A stretch of DNA of 64,000 nt from Candidatus Saccharimonadia bacterium (GTDB lineage Bacteria > Patescibacteriota > Saccharimonadia > UBA4664), in contig DASXHH010000014.1 in NCBI GenBank assembly GCA_036488585.1, forward strand, positions 2,410 to 66,409, read 5' to 3'. This document shows positions 28,363 through 37,994 of the stretch, in pieces (position 1 is the stretch's first letter; each line of letters begins with the position of its first letter). A model generated the notes under the pieces. That model saw nothing but the letters and a program-made list of their open reading frames with translations, searched no databases and was not told where the DNA came from. The position numbers were made by a program, and so were the translations under genes.

Positions 28363-28648
28363 GTAATTATTTAAAAGAGGCCCTAAGGGGTCTTTTTGTT
28401 TGGCGAGGGCGGTGTTCGGTGACCGGAAAAACGGTGAGATAGTGCGCCTAGATGGCAGAATCGATTTTGCAAAAACTGTCCAAAGCGCAAGGAGCATCGT
28501 GAAAATAAGCGTAAGTTGTTTGCACCCTTATAAGGGTATGGGCATTGAGGGAAGATATGCTGGGGCGTTTGAGCTGTAGCGATTTTTTTGGAGTTTAGGG
28601 TTGGCGCTTGAGCTGAAGCGAATTTGTTGGTAATTTAAGTTGGTTTAT

Positions 28649-28738
28649 GGAGAGGTCGCATAGTGGACTAGTGCGGCGCACTCGAAATGCGCTGAGGTCG
28701 CAAGGCCTCCGTGGGTTCGAATCCCACCCTCTCCGCCA
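28649..28738 (+). tRNA. tRNA-Ser(CGA)
   Basis: GGAGAGG...GCGCA-CT-CGA-AA-TGCGC, long variable arm, CCA. Confidence 0.96.
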
Positions 28739-28909
28739 TGAGAAACCCCGGGTCAGTGCCCGGGGTTTTTGCGTTATTTCGATTTTGATAATTTTAAGCA
28801 AAAGCGTTTTTTCATGGCGGGGATTCGGTAAGCGTAAGAATTTTACGGTCTGGTCGCAGTCTTTGGCCCGAACGTGTTTTTGAAAATTCCACCCAAAGAC
28901 GATTTGGCT

Positions 28910-29734
28910 CTAGGGCCGGTTGGACTGGAGCTTAATGATGAGCGCGGTTTGTGCTTGGGAAGCGGCGAGGTTACCGAGTTCGCTATAGATCTTAGCTAGT
29001 AAGGTACGAGCTTCGAGGTTCGTGGGGTTGAGTGCATTGGCGGTGGCCAGATAATCGACGGCCTCGGTGAGGGCGGCGCGAGTGTGCTGGGAGTAACGGA
29101 TGTGGCCCAGGAGGAGGTCGCGCTCGTATGAGGTAGGGGATTTTACCAGAATGGCGCTTGAGCTGCGTAGAAGCCCTGTGGCGTACAGCTCGGCAGCGAG
29201 TGCAAGGTTGGCCGATTGAGCGCGGGTAGCGGCTTGGGCGACCTCTGGTGAGGTTAGGCGGGGCATGAGAGCGGTGGCGTCGGCAGTGCGACCGGCGACG
29301 TCGTAGGCCAAGCTGGCCAGCAGTAGGTCGTCTTGGGAGCAGCCGGGAGTTGTGAGTGGGATGGCAGCGGCAGCGGCGTCGGAAGTGCGGCCGAGTTCAA
29401 GCAGAGTGCGCACACGTAGCTCGTCTACCTCACTCCCCCGCCCTGCGTGCTGGAGGCTGGCCAGGGCGGCCTCGGGTTGGCCGGCGGTGATTTGGGTGCG
29501 GGCCAGGTTTGTGTAGGCGGCGGTGTTGTGGCGGTCGAGCCAGGTGGCGAGCAGGTAATCGGTAGCGGCTTCGCCGGCGGGCGCGCTACTCGCCTCCCCT
29601 ACTAGCGCGGCTGATTCATGGTGAGCAGCGGCTAGCGTGAGCGGCCAAAGCGTAGCCAGTCCGGCGCTAGAAGCCAGAATGGCGACGACGGCAAAGACGC
29701 TAAACTTAGTGCTCGAGGGCTGCGAGTTGCTCAT
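28910..29734 (-). CDS. Membrane-anchored TPR-like protein
   Basis: N-terminal hydrophobic helix; AYTNLARTQITAGQPEAA and LNPTNLEARTLLAKIY repeats. Confidence 0.65.
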   Translation of the reverse strand: MSNSQPSSTKFSVFAVVAILASSAGLATLWPLTLAAAHHESAALVGEASSAPAGEAATDYLLATWLDRHNTAAYTNLARTQITAGQPEAALASLQHAGRGSEVDELRVRTLLELGRTSDAAAAAIPLTTPGCSQDDLLLASLAYDVAGRTADATALMPRLTSPEVAQAATRAQSANLALAAELYATGLLRSSSAILVKSPTSYERDLLLGHIRYSQHTRAALTEAVDYLATANALNPTNLEARTLLAKIYSELGNLAASQAQTALIIKLQSNRP

Positions 29735-32270
29735 TTAGTTTCGATAGTAGCATGAGCGTTTCCTCACGACGATCGCGGGTGTCTTGGACAACTTGGGCGG
29801 GTGCGGACTTCACGTAAGCTTCGTTGGCCAGGCGGGCGGCGAGGGATTCCAGGTAGGCCTGTTTTTCGGCGCGCTGCTGCTCTAGTCGGTGCTTGCGGGC
29901 GCCTACCTGTTCGGGCGTGGCCGCGATCCAGGCCGGGGTGGTCGTGCTGAGGTACAGTCCACTCCCCTGCTCTGCATGTTTCAACTCAGCTGCCCTGGCG
30001 AGGCGGGTGATTAGTTCGGAGGATTTGGCGAGTGTGGTGTCGGTGGTGAGAATGGTGGGCTTAGCGAGTTGCTCTTCGGCGGTGATGGTGCGAACAGCTT
30101 GGACGACAGCCTTTAACGCATCAAATTCGGCGGCGTGTCTTAGTAATTCGGAGGATGGTTTGACTGCCTGGGGCCAGGGTGCGGCAATGAGTTGGCCGTC
30201 TTTGGCGGGCATGGCCTCCCAGATGGCTTCAGTAACGAATGGTGCCATCGGGTGGAGAATGGTGAGGATAGTACTGAGGGTATGGTAGAGTATGTTCGGA
30301 TTTTGTTCAACTTTGGAGGCTTCGATGTACCAGTCGGCGAAGTCGTCCCAAAGTAGTGAATAGATAAGCTGGCCGGCCTCGGAGAAGCGGTAGTCATCAA
30401 TGGCCTTGGTGACCTCGCGGACGGTGTCGTTGACGCGGGCGAGCATCCAGGCGTCGGCTGGGGTTTTGGGCTCAGGACGGGTAGGGGAGTAGTCGTCGGG
30501 GAGTTGGGCGAGGGTGAAGCGAGCCACATTCCAGAGTTTGTTGCAGAAATTGCGGTAACCCTCTACGCGCTTTTCTTCGAAGCCCTGGTTCATGCCGGCG
30601 GTGCGATTGGCGATGAGGCCGAGGCGCATGGCGTCGGCGCCGTATTTTTCAATGAGGGGTTGGGGGGCGATGACGTTACCCTTGGATTTGGACATTTTTT
30701 TGCCGTGGGGGTCGAGGACTAGACCGTGCAAGTAGACGGTGCGGAAAGGGACTTCGCCGGTGACGTAGAGGCCGAGCATAATCATACGGGCGACCCAGAA
30801 GAATATGATGTCGGCACCGGTCTCCATAACCGAGGTAGGGTAGAACCGCTGGGAATCTGGACTGGGGAATTTGAGCGTGGCGAGCGGCCACTGTCCGGAG
30901 CTAAACCAGGTGTCGAAGGTGTCGGAGTCGCGGCGGTAGGTTTTGCCGTGGCGGATGAGGGTATCGGATTGCTCGTGGATGTCGATCACGATGTCGCCAT
31001 CCTCCGAGAAGAAGGCGGGAATCCGGATGCCCCAGACGATCTGGCGCGAGATGTTCCAGTCGCGAATATTCTCGAGCCAAGTCGCGAGCACGCGGGTCTT
31101 GGACTCGGGGACGATGCGAACCTGACCGTCTTCGATGGCGCGCATGGCATCGGCAGCGAGGGGCTTCATGCGGACGAGCCATTGATCGATCACGAGTGGC
31201 TCGATAACGGTGCCACACTTGTAGCAGTGGCCGACGGAGTGGGTGTAGTCTTCGGTTTTGATGAGGGCATCGGCAGTTTCGAGGGCTTTCACGACTGCGG
31301 CGCGGGCTGCGGCGACGGTTTGGCCGCGGAACTCGGCTGGGGCCTCGACGGTAATCTTGCCGTCGGTGCCAATGATCTGGATGTGCGGTAGATTGTGGCG
31401 CTCACCGATTTCGAAGTCGGTGGGGTCGTGGGCGGGCGTGACCTTGACGGCGCCGGTGCCGAAGGCCGGATCGACGGCAGTGTCGGCAACCACCGGAATG
31501 AGGCGGTTGGTGATCGGCAGGCGTACCATGCGGCCAACCAGGTGCTGGTAGTGGTCGTCGTCTGGGTGGACGGCCACAGCGGTGTCGCCGAGCATGGTTT
31601 CGGGACGAGTGGTGGCGACCTCAATAGCCTCTTCGGATCCCTCTACCGGGTAGCGCAGGTGCCAGAGGTGGCCGGCGTCTTCCTGGTAGGTCACCTCGAG
31701 ATCGGAGAACGAGGTGCCGTGGAAGGTACAGTAGTTGACGATGCGCTGGCCGCGGTAGAGTAGGCCGTCGTCGTAGAGTTTCTGGAAGGTTTCGTAGGCG
31801 CGACGGATAACGTGTGGGTCGAGGGTGAACGTTTCGCGCGTCCAGTCGGCGGAGGCGCCGATGTGGCGCTGCTGGTCCTCCATGCTGGACTTGTTGGCTT
31901 GTACGTAGTCCCAGATTTGCCGGTATAGCTCTTCGCGTGAGAAGTCGAAGCGGGATTTACCCTTGGCGTTAAGTTTGCGCTCGAACACCACTTGAGTCTC
32001 GAAACCGGCGTGATCGGAGCCGGGTAGGAACAGGGCGGCCTTGCCGTTCATGCGGGCGTAACGGATGAGAATATCCTCGATGGTGGTGGAGAGGGTGTGG
32101 CCGAGGTGCAGGTCATCGTTGGCGTTGGGCGGCGGCATGAGGATGGTGTAGGCTGGCGCTTTGGGGTTTGAACTGGGCTGAAAGGCACCGGACTGCTCCC
32201 ATTGCTTATAAATACGGCCCTCGTATTTAGCAGGGTCGTAGGCTTTATCGAGCTCAAATTGTTTCTTCAA
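29706..32270 (-). CDS. valS: Valine--tRNA ligase
   Basis: PPPNAN..LHLGH, ATTRPETMLGD, RDWNISRQ, DTWFSS, KMSKS, C-terminal coiled coil. Confidence 0.98.
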   Translation of the reverse strand: MKKQFELDKAYDPAKYEGRIYKQWEQSGAFQPSSNPKAPAYTILMPPPNANDDLHLGHTLSTTIEDILIRYARMNGKAALFLPGSDHAGFETQVVFERKLNAKGKSRFDFSREELYRQIWDYVQANKSSMEDQQRHIGASADWTRETFTLDPHVIRRAYETFQKLYDDGLLYRGQRIVNYCTFHGTSFSDLEVTYQEDAGHLWHLRYPVEGSEEAIEVATTRPETMLGDTAVAVHPDDDHYQHLVGRMVRLPITNRLIPVVADTAVDPAFGTGAVKVTPAHDPTDFEIGERHNLPHIQIIGTDGKITVEAPAEFRGQTVAAARAAVVKALETADALIKTEDYTHSVGHCYKCGTVIEPLVIDQWLVRMKPLAADAMRAIEDGQVRIVPESKTRVLATWLENIRDWNISRQIVWGIRIPAFFSEDGDIVIDIHEQSDTLIRHGKTYRRDSDTFDTWFSSGQWPLATLKFPSPDSQRFYPTSVMETGADIIFFWVARMIMLGLYVTGEVPFRTVYLHGLVLDPHGKKMSKSKGNVIAPQPLIEKYGADAMRLGLIANRTAGMNQGFEEKRVEGYRNFCNKLWNVARFTLAQLPDDYSPTRPEPKTPADAWMLARVNDTVREVTKAIDDYRFSEAGQLIYSLLWDDFADWYIEASKVEQNPNILYHTLSTILTILHPMAPFVTEAIWEAMPAKDGQLIAAPWPQAVKPSSELLRHAAEFDALKAVVQAVRTITAEEQLAKPTILTTDTTLAKSSELITRLARAAELKHAEQGSGLYLSTTTPAWIAATPEQVGARKHRLEQQRAEKQAYLESLAARLANEAYVKSAPAQVVQDTRDRREETLMLLSKLNEQLAALEH

Positions 32271-32442
32271 TGTGACTCCTCTGAACGTTGTCGTTATGTG
32301 GCGAGGGTCGGGTCGCCGGGTTGTTTGTTGGTATAAGTGTAGTGGTTTGAGGGGGAAAAGGACAGGTTAAGCGGAATGATGGCGTATACTTTTTTGGCGA
32401 GGCAATGCTGTTAAATGGCCGACCGAGGAGAAGGAGGTGGCT

Positions 32443-32805
32443 ATGGACAGCGAGGAAAGGCAGCTCATCAGACAATGGCTTCAAGGCCGGCGGGTACAGG
32501 ACTGCCAGGGGTGTCCCAGAAAGGACATTCTGGCGCTAGACCGCGAAGACCAGGAAGTACTGGTGTATAAATATGGCCTGGTACAGATGGGGCGGGCCAT
32601 CGGCTATCCAGTCGAGGACATCGTTCGAACCAACGATTCGGTGGGTAGGCGCTTCGGTATAAATAGCCGGCAAGGGTCACATAGGCGTGTAGCGGTGGCC
32701 ATGCGGCGCCTGATGTGGCGCCGCAACGGCACCAGATTGCCCGAGGTGCTGGCAAGTTTTATGCACTCGGCCCCGGAGGGCGCCGATGAGGAGCCGAGCG
32801 GTTAA
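32443..32805 (+). CDS. Stand-alone sigma70 region 4-like HTH protein (divergent)
   Basis: ILALDREDQEVLVYKYGL...RTNDSVGRRFGINSRQGSHRRVAVAMRRL parallels the sigma-4 pattern; double SD GAGGAGAAGGAGG. Confidence 0.55.
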   Translation: MDSEERQLIRQWLQGRRVQDCQGCPRKDILALDREDQEVLVYKYGLVQMGRAIGYPVEDIVRTNDSVGRRFGINSRQGSHRRVAVAMRRLMWRRNGTRLPEVLASFMHSAPEGADEEPSG

Positions 32806-32888
32806 ACATGAGGCCGGGATTGCGTGATAAGCGTAATCCCGGCCATAGTTTTGACAGGATGGCAAATTAGTGTTATCGTTTAACATCT

Positions 32889-33158
32889 ATGAAACCCACG
32901 GGACTGGCAATGATCTCAACCGCTGTAAAGCGTAACCTCCGGTACAAGCCGGCGTTGAGCGTGCGCCCTCGGTATTACGACCTGTCGATCGAAGAACCGT
33001 CTCAGCCGACGGCAGGGGATACGATGGCCAACGCGCTGCGGCTGTACGTGGTATTGCGCAAGCTGTGGCGCAAGGGTTTGCCGCAGGAAAACGGGGTGCT
33101 GTACGCGAAGGTGAAGGGTGAGTTTGTAGAAGTAAAGCTGACGCGTTCCAAGTTTTAG
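32889..33158 (+). CDS. Hypothetical protein (weak resemblance to CopG/RHH-type small proteins)
   Basis: ORF just after TTGACA-N17-TATCGT (32851-32879); TMANALRLY...GVLYAK. Confidence 0.5.
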   Translation: MKPTGLAMISTAVKRNLRYKPALSVRPRYYDLSIEEPSQPTAGDTMANALRLYVVLRKLWRKGLPQENGVLYAKVKGEFVEVKLTRSKF

Positions 33159-33235
33159 CTACTCGCGTCTTGACATAGGCATGGGTTGAGTGTACAATCA
33201 CAAATTCTTTTGTTAACCGCGCGGGAATTAATGCC

Positions 33236-33718
33236 ATGACAAAGGCAAACGCACATAAATTGGGATTAATGACGGTGGTGGCAGGCTTGCTGCTGGTGGC
33301 CGATGCTCAGGCGGATGGTACGCAGGCGGTGGCTCAGCCAACGCCTTGCATCACGCCTCCGGGCGCGATCTATTCAGTGAACTGCGCCGGCGTGAATGCT
33401 CAAGGCGGTGTGTTGGGCGACAACACCTCGGAGCCAGCTGCGTCTGGTACGCCGAGCGCTACACCCAGCCCGTCCCTGACGCCGGGTACGATGCCCTCGC
33501 CGGAGGCTAGCGCCACGCCGGTATCTGGTAGTGGTAGCGGATCGAATTTGCCGGATACCGGCGCCATGACTGCCATTAGTGGCGCGATTGGCCTGGGCGC
33601 GATTGGTTATGCTGGGCGCATGTATTGGAAGCGCCGTCAGTTAGCCAATCAGCCGGTGCGACCGCAACGAATGCAATCCGACCCTGAAGTGCTCGAAATT
33701 GCTAAAATAAGCGTATGA
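33236..33718 (+). CDS. Secreted Pro/Ser/Thr-rich protein with LPxTG-like sorting signal
   Basis: Signal peptide (AQA-D), PST linker, LPDTG plus hydrophobic stretch plus KRR; promoter TTGACA-N17-TACAAT at 33170-33198. Confidence 0.75.
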   Translation: MTKANAHKLGLMTVVAGLLLVADAQADGTQAVAQPTPCITPPGAIYSVNCAGVNAQGGVLGDNTSEPAASGTPSATPSPSLTPGTMPSPEASATPVSGSGSGSNLPDTGAMTAISGAIGLGAIGYAGRMYWKRRQLANQPVRPQRMQSDPEVLEIAKISV

Positions 33719-34659
33719 CAAAAACTGCCCAGGAAGCGATTGAGATTTTGCGCCGTGGTGGGGTGGGCGTAATCCCGACTGACACCGTTTATGGACTGGT
33801 GGCGCGAGCGGCCGACCGAGAGGCGGTGAAGCGGCTGTACGAACTGAAGAACCGCGAGCACAAGCCGGGCACGGTGGTAGCGGCCAGTGCGAAGCAGCTG
33901 GTGGAGCTGGGTGTGCCGGTAAAATTGGTGCAGCGGGTGGAACACCTATGGCCGAATCCGCTGTCGGTGGAGATGCCATTGGGCGATGAGTTGGACTATT
34001 TGCATCAGGAGACCGGCCGACAGGCCTTCCGGGTAGTGGCCGATGAGCGGTTGCGGACAATATTGGAGCAGACCGGGCCGCTGGTGACCTCGAGTGCCAA
34101 CAAGCCGGGTGAGCCGGGCGCGGCCAATCTGCAGGAAGCGGTCGATTATTTTGAGAATCGGGTGGATTTTTACGTTGATGGGGGCGATTTGTCGGGAAGG
34201 GCGCCGTCGACGATTATTCGCGTGGTGGCCGACCAAATTGAGGTGATTCGCCAGGGCGCGGTGGAAGTGAGTGCGCGTGGGGGAATGCATTACATTGCGC
34301 CGAGCCGGCGTGATTGCGTATTTTGCCGCAGCAACGGGCGCTTGAAGGGCGAGGTGATTGTGGCTTCAGACGGGGCTTATGTGATTGAGGCGGCGACGGT
34401 GCCGGGCCACTATTTGATTATTCCGGAGACACACGTGGAGACGCTGATGGAGCTACCGGATTCGTGGTGGGCGGAGGTGAAAGAGCTGCTACCGCAAGTG
34501 CCAGGGTTGCCGGATAACTATAATTTGTCGATTAATATTGGGCGCGAGGCTGGCCAGACATTGGGTCATCTGCACTTTTGGGTGATCCCGCGAGCGGCTG
34601 GACAACCTTCGAGCGGCAAGGGTTTTGCAAAGCTAATTTACGAGGCTGACCAGGCCTAG
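33715..34659 (+). CDS. tsaC: Threonylcarbamoyl-AMP synthase (Sua5/TsaC) fused to a C-terminal HIT-like domain
   Basis: PTDTVYGL, TSSAN, PSTII; then CVFC...GHYLIIPETHV...NIGREAGQTLGHLHFWVIPR. Confidence 0.9.
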   Translation: MTKTAQEAIEILRRGGVGVIPTDTVYGLVARAADREAVKRLYELKNREHKPGTVVAASAKQLVELGVPVKLVQRVEHLWPNPLSVEMPLGDELDYLHQETGRQAFRVVADERLRTILEQTGPLVTSSANKPGEPGAANLQEAVDYFENRVDFYVDGGDLSGRAPSTIIRVVADQIEVIRQGAVEVSARGGMHYIAPSRRDCVFCRSNGRLKGEVIVASDGAYVIEAATVPGHYLIIPETHVETLMELPDSWWAEVKELLPQVPGLPDNYNLSINIGREAGQTLGHLHFWVIPRAAGQPSSGKGFAKLIYEADQA

Positions 34660-34742
34660 TTCAGCCTATTTACTAAAGTGTAGTAATATGGTATGGTTGC
34701 ACGGCCTGTTGCGAGGTACGCAACACGAGCCATGGAGTCTTC

Positions 34743-35156
34743 ATGTCGAACCCAAGCGGCACGGCATGCCGGTTTGATCCGCTGTCCGATGGGACGGTTC
34801 CGGCTGGCGAGGTGCTAGCAACGGTGACCGGGAGTGACGGCGGATATCTCATCCAGGCTGGTCGCTTCGTGGACGGCGAGCTGGTGCTCGAGGCCGGCCA
34901 CTACCTGGCATTCCCGAATCGTCACGTACCCCGGACAGGGGACGTGCCTGGATGGAGCGACGTGATGGAGACGTTGCTTGATTACATTCCTGAATTTCAC
35001 GGCCTCAAGTCTGGCAACCGACCGGATCACTCGACGTATGAACTGCATGGTGCGGCCATGGGCCGCACGGTGCCCGGACACGGGCACACGCACATCTTGA
35101 TCGGCACGGCCGCGGACATGGCGACGAAGTTCGCCGCGGTGCAGATCAAGGCGTAG
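34743..35156 (+). CDS. HIT-family-like protein
   Basis: GHYLAFPNRHV...GAAMGRTVPGHGHTHIL (HxHxH). Confidence 0.65.
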   Translation: MSNPSGTACRFDPLSDGTVPAGEVLATVTGSDGGYLIQAGRFVDGELVLEAGHYLAFPNRHVPRTGDVPGWSDVMETLLDYIPEFHGLKSGNRPDHSTYELHGAAMGRTVPGHGHTHILIGTAADMATKFAAVQIKA

Positions 35157-35227
35157 CCCCGATACCTCAAAAAAATAACAGGCGGTCCCCATTCGCATGT
35201 GCGGATGGGGACTTTGCTGTTTAGCGA

Positions 35228-36256
35228 TTAGATTGCGAGCGACGGGTCGGCTTGGAGGGTGAGGGGATCGGTGGTACGGCCGGCTTGGGCCAGATAGTAA
35301 CCCATCGAGGCGATCATGGCAGCGTTGTCGGTGCAGTACTGCATGGGGGCGTAGTTCATTTCGACCGGCAATCGTTCGGTGACAACCTTGCGTAAAGGAC
35401 GGCTGGCCGCGACGCCGCCGGCGATGACGACTGTCTGGGGTTTGAACTCGTGGTAGGCCTGCAGTAGCTTGTCGACCATGGTGTTGTAGAGCGTGAACGA
35501 AAAGCTGGCAGCCATGTCATGCTTCTGGATGTCTGTAAGCTTGTCCGGAATGTCGGTGGAGGGGGTGCGGAAATCTCCGCCAATCTCTTTTTGGAGGGTG
35601 CGAAGGACGGCGGTTTTGAGCCCGGAGAAGGAAAAGTCGTAGGAGTCGCCCAGATTGGCCATGGGAAGTTTACAGGCACGGGGATTGCCGAGGGGTCCGA
35701 GCTGGTCGATTTTGGGGCCGCCGGGGTATTCGAATCCAAGCATGCGGGCGACCTTGTCGCAGGCTTCGCCGGCAGCGTCGTCGCGGGTTTTGCCCAGAAC
35801 GCGGTATTCGAGAGGGGATTGGAATAATAGTAGGTCGGAATGTTTGCCCGAGGCACTCAAGGACAACAGTGGGAACTGCGGCTCGGGGTCGATGAGGAAG
35901 TTGGCGAAGGTATGGGCGACCACATGGTTGACCGCGTAGAGCGGCTTGTGGTGGGTGAGCGCGAGGGTGCGGGCGGTGAGGGTGCCGATGAGTAGGCTAC
36001 CGAGCAGACCGGGGCCAGCGGTAACGGCGATGCCGTCGATGTCGTCCCAAGTGGTGGCGGCCTTCTCGAGGGCTTCGTGGACAACCGGTAGAATAACCTC
36101 GATGTGACTACGGGCGGCCACCTCTGGCACCACGCCGCCGTAGGCTTTATGGATATCGATCTGGGAGGCGACGACGTTACTGAGCGCGTGGTGGCCGTCT
36201 TCGACGACAGCGGCGGCGGTTTCGTCGCAGGATGTTTCGATGCCGAGCAGTTTCAT
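35228..36256 (-). CDS. tsaD: tRNA N6-threonylcarbamoyltransferase TsaD
   Basis: LGIETSCDETAAA, GGVVPEVAARSH, TRDDAAGE, FSFSGLKTA, CTDNAAMI. Confidence 0.97.
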   Translation of the reverse strand: MKLLGIETSCDETAAAVVEDGHHALSNVVASQIDIHKAYGGVVPEVAARSHIEVILPVVHEALEKAATTWDDIDGIAVTAGPGLLGSLLIGTLTARTLALTHHKPLYAVNHVVAHTFANFLIDPEPQFPLLSLSASGKHSDLLLFQSPLEYRVLGKTRDDAAGEACDKVARMLGFEYPGGPKIDQLGPLGNPRACKLPMANLGDSYDFSFSGLKTAVLRTLQKEIGGDFRTPSTDIPDKLTDIQKHDMAASFSFTLYNTMVDKLLQAYHEFKPQTVVIAGGVAASRPLRKVVTERLPVEMNYAPMQYCTDNAAMIASMGYYLAQAGRTTDPLTLQADPSLAI

Positions 36257-36295
36257 AACGGGAGTGATTGTAGCGCAAAAGGGCACAAAAGGCGA

Positions 36296-36328
36296 AGACC
36301 GCTCCCACGACGATGCGGGAGCGGTCTG
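36296..36328 (-). terminator. Hairpin 3' of the ssgA-like gene
   Basis: agaccgctccc-N10-gggagcggtct. Confidence 0.65.
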
Positions 36329-36349
36329 GTTGCGGCAGGGAGCGGCATC

Positions 36350-36802
36350 TTAGCCTTCCCTACCTGGCTTAGGGTACTGTTCGGGAAATTCTCGCGCGAG
36401 CTCGCCCTCGATGTCGACGTGGTCGCTCTCCTGACCGACCGCCACTACCTGGTACGTCTTTTTGAGGAAGGCGGCGATCTCCTTGATCGGGGTCTCGAAG
36501 TGCGCCTGGCCGAATGGCGAGGATAGTTCGATGTTCAGCACGCTGCTCGGCTTACCGCCCTCGGTGCCGGCCGAAGGCCAGACCTGGACGTCACCGAGGC
36601 CCTCACGGGCTTCGATGCCGTTGGATAGCAAGTCGCGGGCGAAGATCCACTCGACGGGCTTGTCGAGCCCGAGGTAGAAGGCGATGTGGATGGCGTACGG
36701 GTCGTACCTGGTGTAGTACAAGTCGGCCATCAGTGGCGTGATCGTCTGCTGAGGCACCACGAGGAGTAGTCTTAGTTTGGCTGATACTGTGTTACTGTCC
36801 AT
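36350..36802 (-). CDS. SsgA/SsgB-family (SALP) sporulation/cell-division regulator
   Basis: TVSAKLRLLLVV...LYY...DPYAIHIAF...VEWIFARDLL..G...GLGDVQVWP...LSSPFGQAHFE...FLKKTY..V..GQE: hallmark SALP motifs. Confidence 0.93.
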   Translation of the reverse strand: MDSNTVSAKLRLLLVVPQQTITPLMADLYYTRYDPYAIHIAFYLGLDKPVEWIFARDLLSNGIEAREGLGDVQVWPSAGTEGGKPSSVLNIELSSPFGQAHFETPIKEIAAFLKKTYQVVAVGQESDHVDIEGELAREFPEQYPKPGREG

Positions 36803-36858
36803 GTTCCCCCCTGAGGTACGGGACGGTGCGGGCTGTGCCGGAAAGCACAGGCATGATG

Positions 36859-36889
36859 ATTGTATAGCACTTATGTATGGCCTTGTCAA
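36859..36889 (-). promoter_or_regulatory. Sigma70-type promoter of ssgA-like gene
   Basis: TTGACA-N17-TATACA(AT) with TG extension on minus strand. Confidence 0.65.
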
Positions 36890-36947
36890 TATGAGCGCAG
36901 GTTTAACATAACACTAGCGGCAAATGATTGCGGTAGAATAGTGAGCA

Positions 36948-37994
36948 ATGAGACTCGCAAACGAAGACGAACTGGCACGCTGGGACGAGCTGATCGCGGC
37001 TAACCCCGATGGCGGTAATGCTCTACAGACGCTGGCGTGGGGCGATTTTAAGGCACGCTGGGGCTGGGAGCCACGGCGGTACCTGTACGAGACCACGAGC
37101 GGTTTGGTGGCTGCTCAGTGGCTAGTACGCAATGTACGGGGTCAAGGAGAGCTATGGTATTGCCCGAAGGGTCCGGGCGTGACAACTCCGGCTGATTTTG
37201 CGGAGGTGGTGAAGCAGACGCGGTCGGCGGGTTGGGCTGGCGTGTTCGCGCGGTTTGAGAGTGAGGTGTTGGACGATGATGTACCAAGCAAGGCGGTTCT
37301 GACTAAGTTGGGGCTGGTGCGGTCGAATCGAGATCCGGGTATGAAATCGACGATTTTTGTGGACCTGAGGGGTGGCGAGGAGGCGGTGCTGGCGAGTTTT
37401 GGCCAGACGGCGCGGCGCAATATTCGCAAAGCGGTGGCTGCCGGCGTGACGGTAGAGGCGGTGGAGCCGAGCGACCACAACCTGCACATCATGTTCGAGC
37501 TAATGAAGGAGACTGAGGCACGAGCCCATTATGGATTGCGGCCAGAGGGATATTTTTGGGATTACTGGTCGGCCCAGTCTAGGGCCGGGCAGGCGCAACT
37601 GTTTTTTGCCAAGCATGACGGCCAGGTGCTGGCGGGTTTGTTCGCGACATTTGTGGGCAAGCGGGCGTGGTACAAGGACGGCGGTTCGTTTGCGTACCGG
37701 CGCGAGCTATTGGCGCCGTACCTGCTGCAATGGGAGGTGATGCGATGGTTGATGGCGCATGGGGCTGAGAGTTACGACATGATTGGCGTGCCGAACCGCG
37801 ACGAGGTCGGCACCGGTCACTCGAAGGACGGGTTGTATGAGTTTAAGTCGAAGTTTAATACCGAGATCACGGAGTTTATCGGGTGCTGGGATTTGCCGCT
37901 TGGTAATGGGGCGCGGTACAAGTTGTGGCGCAAAGTGGGCGAACGGGTGGCAGCCAGACTAGCCAACCGGCGTCCCGAAAAGTTTCTGTACTAA
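36948..37994 (+). CDS. FemABX-family peptidoglycan bridge aminoacyltransferase
   Basis: LQTLAWGDFKARWGW, YCPKGP, RRNIRKA, YLLQWEVM, YDMIG, GLYEFKSKF. Confidence 0.9.
   Translation: MRLANEDELARWDELIAANPDGGNALQTLAWGDFKARWGWEPRRYLYETTSGLVAAQWLVRNVRGQGELWYCPKGPGVTTPADFAEVVKQTRSAGWAGVFARFESEVLDDDVPSKAVLTKLGLVRSNRDPGMKSTIFVDLRGGEEAVLASFGQTARRNIRKAVAAGVTVEAVEPSDHNLHIMFELMKETEARAHYGLRPEGYFWDYWSAQSRAGQAQLFFAKHDGQVLAGLFATFVGKRAWYKDGGSFAYRRELLAPYLLQWEVMRWLMAHGAESYDMIGVPNRDEVGTGHSKDGLYEFKSKFNTEITEFIGCWDLPLGNGARYKLWRKVGERVAARLANRRPEKFLY

Noticed and set aside
28595-28883. ORFs overlapping tRNA genes (also 28297-28497 and the 56227 extension of msrB)
   Set aside because: Shadow ORFs across tRNA sequences.
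32271-32345. T-box leader upstream of valS
   Set aside because: Too short and no T-box consensus or terminator/antiterminator found.
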